Below are positions 59,605 to 64,000 of a stretch of DNA of 64,000 nucleotides, piece after piece. How positions within the stretch are numbered: position 1 is the stretch's first letter; every line of letters starts with the position of its first letter. This stretch comes from Octopus sinensis (lineage: Eukaryota), in the NCBI RefSeq assembly GCF_006345805.1, contig NC_043018.1, positions 6,200,001 through 6,264,000 on the forward strand, given 5' to 3'. A program made the translations under genes and the position numbers. The notes beneath the pieces are model-generated. The model made no database searches and had not been told where the DNA came from. It worked only from the letters and a program-made list of their open reading frames with translations.

Positions 59605-59905
59605 ATCATCCAGCCAAGGTGCAAATATATGGGAAACTGCCACCTGTGTCGTCTCTTGTGGGGGGTAGGGGAGTCCAGCTTGCTGGATATTGTTGTAGAG
59701 CTGAAAACGAGGCAATTTCTACTCTTCTCCTCTGGAAGGCATCTGCTCACAATACCAGGGGGCGTGCACTCTCCTACCCTGATGTAATCTCCAGGGATAC
59801 AGGCATCCAGCGGTGGGATCTCTGTGGTGCTGTGATGGACTGTGAGGTCTGGCATAACATAGTAAGTTCCATTGTCTTGACCATGGTCGAACAATGATGA
59901 TGATT
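59605..59905 (+). mobile_element. RTE-like LINE 3' fragment (same family as 23188)
   Basis: QIYGKLPPVSSLV..QLAGYCCRAENE..LLLWK; (GAT)n tail. Confidence 0.75.
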
Positions 59906-60237
59906 ATCTTACTTAGAACCAAATAAGGGTTGGTGACTGGAAAGGATCCGTCTGCAAACGAGTCTGCTTCAACAGGTTTTACCGAACTCATGCAAAGATG
60001 GAAAAATGGGTTTGAAAATGGTGATGATGCTGTTGATGTGTGTGTGTGTGTCTGTGTGCAAGCGTGTGTGTGTGTGTCTGTGTGCAAGCGTGTGTGTGAG
60101 GGAATAAAGACTGTGGGTTCAATACCTGAACATGGCCACTTTTGAATTCTTGGGCAAGGCACTTCATTACTTATTGCTGCAGTCCACTCAGCTAAAAAAA
60201 AGTGAAATACCAGCCGCAGTAACAGCAGCAGCAGCAG

Positions 60238-60590
60238 TGGAGGCGCAATGGCCCAGTGGTTAGGGCGGTGGACTCGCGGTTGGAGGATCGCGGTTTCGAT
60301 TCCCAGACTGGGCGTTGTGTGTGTTTATTGAGCGAAAACACCTAAAGCTACACGAGGCCCCGGCAGGGGGTGGTGGCAACCCCTGTTGTACTCTTTCACC
60401 CCAACTTTCTCTCACTCTCTTCCTTCCTGTTTCTTGTCCCCGACTTCCTATGCAACCGCTGAGCCTGGATGGGCATTCATCCATCCGTCGATGCTCTCGG
60501 TGTCGGGGGTTGACCTGCTTTCTCTTCTGCGGGTCTTACGAATAGCAAAGGACCATGTTTTGGACTGCAGACAGTCCTGAGACATGCAAC
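60238..60590 (+). mobile_element. tRNA-derived SINE
   Basis: GGAGGCGCAATGGCCCAGTGGTTAGGG A box, GGTTTCGATTCCC B box. Confidence 0.85.
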
Positions 60591-60739
60591 AAACAAACAA
60601 ACAAACAAGCAGCAGTAGCAGCAACAGCAGCAGCAGTAGCAGCTGTTGCAGTAGCCGCAGCTGGGCTTTAAGTTTGTAACAATCTGGCATCCCAAAACAG
60701 AAGTCTTCCTCCGGCATACTATTTGCATTATAGAGAAGC

Positions 60740-61161
60740 TAAGATGATAATGAGGATGATGATGATAGTGGTGATGGTGGTGGCGGCAGCGGTGGTGACT
60801 GTGATGGTGGTGGTGGTGGTGATGATGGGAGTGTTGATGATGACAACGACAGATGATAGACAACAACAATGATGACAATGATGATGATGACAATGATGAC
60901 GATGATGATGATGATATTGTTTGGAAAGAAAGTTTTTCAAGGTGATAATGAATTAGGCCAAGAAGACAAATAGCACTGGCTCCATCTTCTCCATTCACCA
61001 TCACCACCATTACCACCACCACCACCAACAACAACAATAACAGCAACAATAATAACAACATCACCACCATCACCATTACTACCATCACTGCCAACACCAT
61101 TACCACCACCATCACCACCACCACCAACACCACCACCATCACCATCACCACCATCACCACC

Positions 61162-61193
<32 letters not shown>

Positions 61194-61260
61194 CAACAAT
61201 AGCAATAATAACAACAACACCATCACCGTCACCGTCACCACCACCACTACCTCCAACACC
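60740..61260. repeat. (ATG/GTG)n then (ACC/AAC)n microsatellites
   Basis: Direct inspection. Confidence 0.9.
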
Positions 61261-61329
61261 GATAGATTTCCAGCAAGCCCAACCATTTGTAACACCACTG
61301 CTGTTTCTGTCGGCTGCTGTTAGAGATAA

Positions 61330-61429
61330 NNNNNNNNNNNNNNNNNNNNNNNNNNNNNNNNNNNNNNNNNNNNNNNNNNNNNNNNNNNNNNNNNNNNNNN
61401 NNNNNNNNNNNNNNNNNNNNNNNNNNNNN
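61330..61429. other. Assembly gap (100 N)
   Basis: Run of N; true size unknown. Confidence 0.99.
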
Positions 61430-62001
61430 TTCTTTCAATCCTCTCTCTCTCTCTCTCTCTCCTTCACCTCCCCCCCTTTCTCCCTATCAACCTCGCTGAC
61501 CATATCAACCAATCGAAAGTCCGTTTGTCGTTGTGTTTTTGCATCCCAGATTTCTAGCCATCACAGCAGCGGTTTTGCGATCTCTGCACCACCTCTGGTT
61601 GATACTGCAACGGTGCACGCTCGTTGCAGATGATGAAGGGGACATCTTTTTGCACAGGGACATCAAGTAGTGCAGTGGAACCCCCTGCTGCACATAGTCA
61701 CCCTGCCCTCACGCACAGCTTATTGTAGACGCCCTTCTCTTACTTGTAACCTCTTAACACACTCTTGAGTTTGCTGGATGGCTGGTTGGTTGGTGGGTTG
61801 GTATGTATGTGTTTTCTTCTGTCTCTCTCTCTCTCTCCTGCTATAAAGCCCGGAATGTTGAGGAATCTTTTGCCCCACCTTGTTTAGGAAAAGACATGAA
61901 CGTCACAGCATCCCAGTCCTGCTGCCTTTTCTTGTAAACCATTCTGAGTACTTGGGCCTGAACTTCCACTACCATCACCACGGTCATCGTCGTCGTCGTC
62001 G

Positions 62002-62041
<40 letters not shown>

Positions 62042-62529
62042 TATCATCATCATCATCATCATCAACAATAACAACAACATCACTGTTACTAGCAACCACG
62101 ATTTGAGGAAAATAAGTTTATTGGTGAGAGGTGAACTGGTGACCCCCACCGGGGTTTAACCCATCCCCTCTCTCACTCTCTCTCTCTTTCTCCTCTGTGG
62201 GGGTCAATTTATGCAATTTCTGTCTATCTTTTTTTTTTTTTAAATTTCAAAAGAAAAATTTCTGCCACTTAACGTATTTGGGGGGAAAAGGCATGGACGC
62301 TTCAAGTTGTACGTCTTTTTACATCTGATTACAATCTGACAGTCACCCTGAGATCGGTCGAAAAACAGTTGCCCTCACCACCCTTCCTTACCGTCACCAC
62401 CACCGCCGCCGCCACCATTATCATCATCATTGTCACTGGTTTTAATTGTCACGCTTCCTGTCTCTTCCTTACCGTCCTCTAAGTTCTTCCTCTTCTGCCT
62501 CCTCCTCCTGTTTACTGTTGCTGTTCGTT

Positions 62530-62920
62530 CTCCCTTTCTCTTCATTCTTCTTCTCCTCCTTTCTTCCTCTTCATCCTTCTTCTCCCCCTTTCTTCTTCTC
62601 CTTTCTTCTTCTTCATCCTTCTTCTTCTTCGTCTTCTTCTTCTTCTTCATCTTCTCCTTTCTTCCTTTTCATCCTTCTTCTTCTTCTTCATCTTCTCCTT
62701 TCTTCCTTTTCATCCTTCTTCTTCTTCATCTTCTCCTTTCTTCCTTTTCATCCTTCTTCTTCTCCTTTCTTCTTCTTCTTCGTCTTCTTCTCTTCTTCTT
62801 CTTCTTCTTCTTCTTCTCCTTTCTTCTTCTCCTTTCTTCTTCTCTTTTTCTTCTTCTTCTTCTTCTTCTTCTTCTTCTTCTTCTTCAACTTCTTCTTCTT
62901 CATCTTCTTCATCTTCTTCA
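62530..62920. repeat. (TTC)n-rich pyrimidine tract
   Basis: Direct inspection. Confidence 0.95.
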
Positions 62921-63249
62921 AGTGATGGTGGCGGCGGTCTCGTTTGTAAGGAAGGTGTAGTGTTGTTTATCAAGCTGTACCCGGTTTCATATCTTAGTAA
63001 GAAACGAGGAGCACGTTTCGCAGTGTGTGTGTGTATTACGGGTGGATTTTAAAACAAATTTTTGTAATGGTTTAAGCAAGGTTTCAGTTAGAGTTATGGG
63101 AACAAAACTGATGAGGTCGTAGAAACAAACAAAATCTCAAATCCACACACACACACCTTGCTGTCTGTCTTTATCACTTACACACATTTACATTATACCC
63201 CTTGCTCTCTCTTTCTCTTATACACACACGTTTACACATACACCTTGCT

Positions 63250-63461
63250 CTCTCACTTTCTCTCTCTCTCACACGCACACGTACATTTTGCTCTTTCTCT
63301 CTCTCTCTTACACATTTACACTTTCATCTCTCTTTCTCTCTCTCTCACACACGTACACCTTGTTCTTTCTCTCTCTTTCTCTGGCACATACACTTTGCTA
63401 CCTCTCTCCCTCTCTTTTTCTCTTTCTTACACACACACATTGGTCTTTTTACCCCGTTCTT

Positions 63462-63495
<34 letters not shown>

Positions 63496-63800
63496 CTTAC
63501 TCTTTCTCTCTCTGTTTCTCACACACACACACCTTACTCTTTCTCTCTCTGTTTCTCACACACACACCTTACTCTTTCTCTCTTTCTCACACACACACAC
63601 TTTACTCTTTCTCTCTCTCTTTCTCACACACCTTACTCTTTCTCTCTCTCTTTCTCACACACACCTTACTCTGTCTCTCTCTCTTTCTCACACACACACA
63701 CCTTACTCTGTCTCTCTCTCTTTCTCACACACACACACCTTACTTTGTCTCTCTCTCTTTCTCTCACACACACACCTTACTCTTTCTCTGTCATACACTC
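63250..63800. repeat. (CT)n/(CA)n compound minisatellite, ~30-35-bp unit
   Basis: CTCTCTTTCTCACACACACACCTTACT-type unit, ~10 copies at 63470-63790. Confidence 0.9.
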
Positions 63801-64000
63801 ACGTACACATCATCCACCCTCTCTGTCTTGCAAAAACATCTTGGGATTCAAGTCTAGATAACAACATTCTATTATTATTATTATTACTACTACTACTACT
63901 ACTATCATTATTATTGTCATTGTCATCATCACTATTGTTGATACTACACCAGAGGCAAACGATGACGTTGATACGTCGATGGCGATGATGATGATGGCGG

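Noticed and set aside
60238-60310. tRNA genes at SINE heads (also 46416, 28110, 41666)
   Set aside because: A and B boxes present but no complete cloverleaf; each continues into a SINE body.
61505-61693. 62-aa ORF as a host exon
   Set aside because: No recognisable domain, stops close upstream in all three minus frames and no minus-strand acceptor.
63108-63135. CTGATGA..GAAA as a hammerhead
   Set aside because: No stem II, stem III or stem I pairing.

Overview
AT-rich animal genomic DNA made almost entirely of transposable elements and microsatellites ((AT)n, (AAT)n, (ATG)n, (AC)n, (TTC)n), with one 100-N scaffold gap at 61330-61429. The repeat repertoire is most consistent with an octopus genome; this is inference from recognised repeat families, not a database hit. 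I recognise no host protein-coding gene, rRNA, true tRNA gene or CRISPR array. Identifiable elements: (1) a near full-length RTE-clade LINE (minus strand, ~1-5300) with APE, RT and a PHD finger, and many 3' fragments of related RTE elements; (2) two Penelope-like elements (PLEs) with RT/GIY-YIG remnants; (3) CR1 copies; (4) R4/Dong-type 3' ends inside (AAT)n arrays; (5) Tc1/mariner, pogo, hAT and Chapaev-like relics, MITEs and Helitrons; (6) dozens of tRNA-derived SINEs. The strongest unexplained signal is a set of small non-coding PLE-associated inserts carrying type I hammerhead ribozymes with palindromic stem III, arranged as fold-backs or greater-than-unit-length repeats (retrozyme-like). 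Several of their junctions lie at or near the predicted cleavage site. Second, every frameshift I traced in the RTE ORF is a contraction of a short run, so the real element may be nearly intact. All alignments and folds were done by eye, and element ends are approximate unless a TSD or TIR is quoted.
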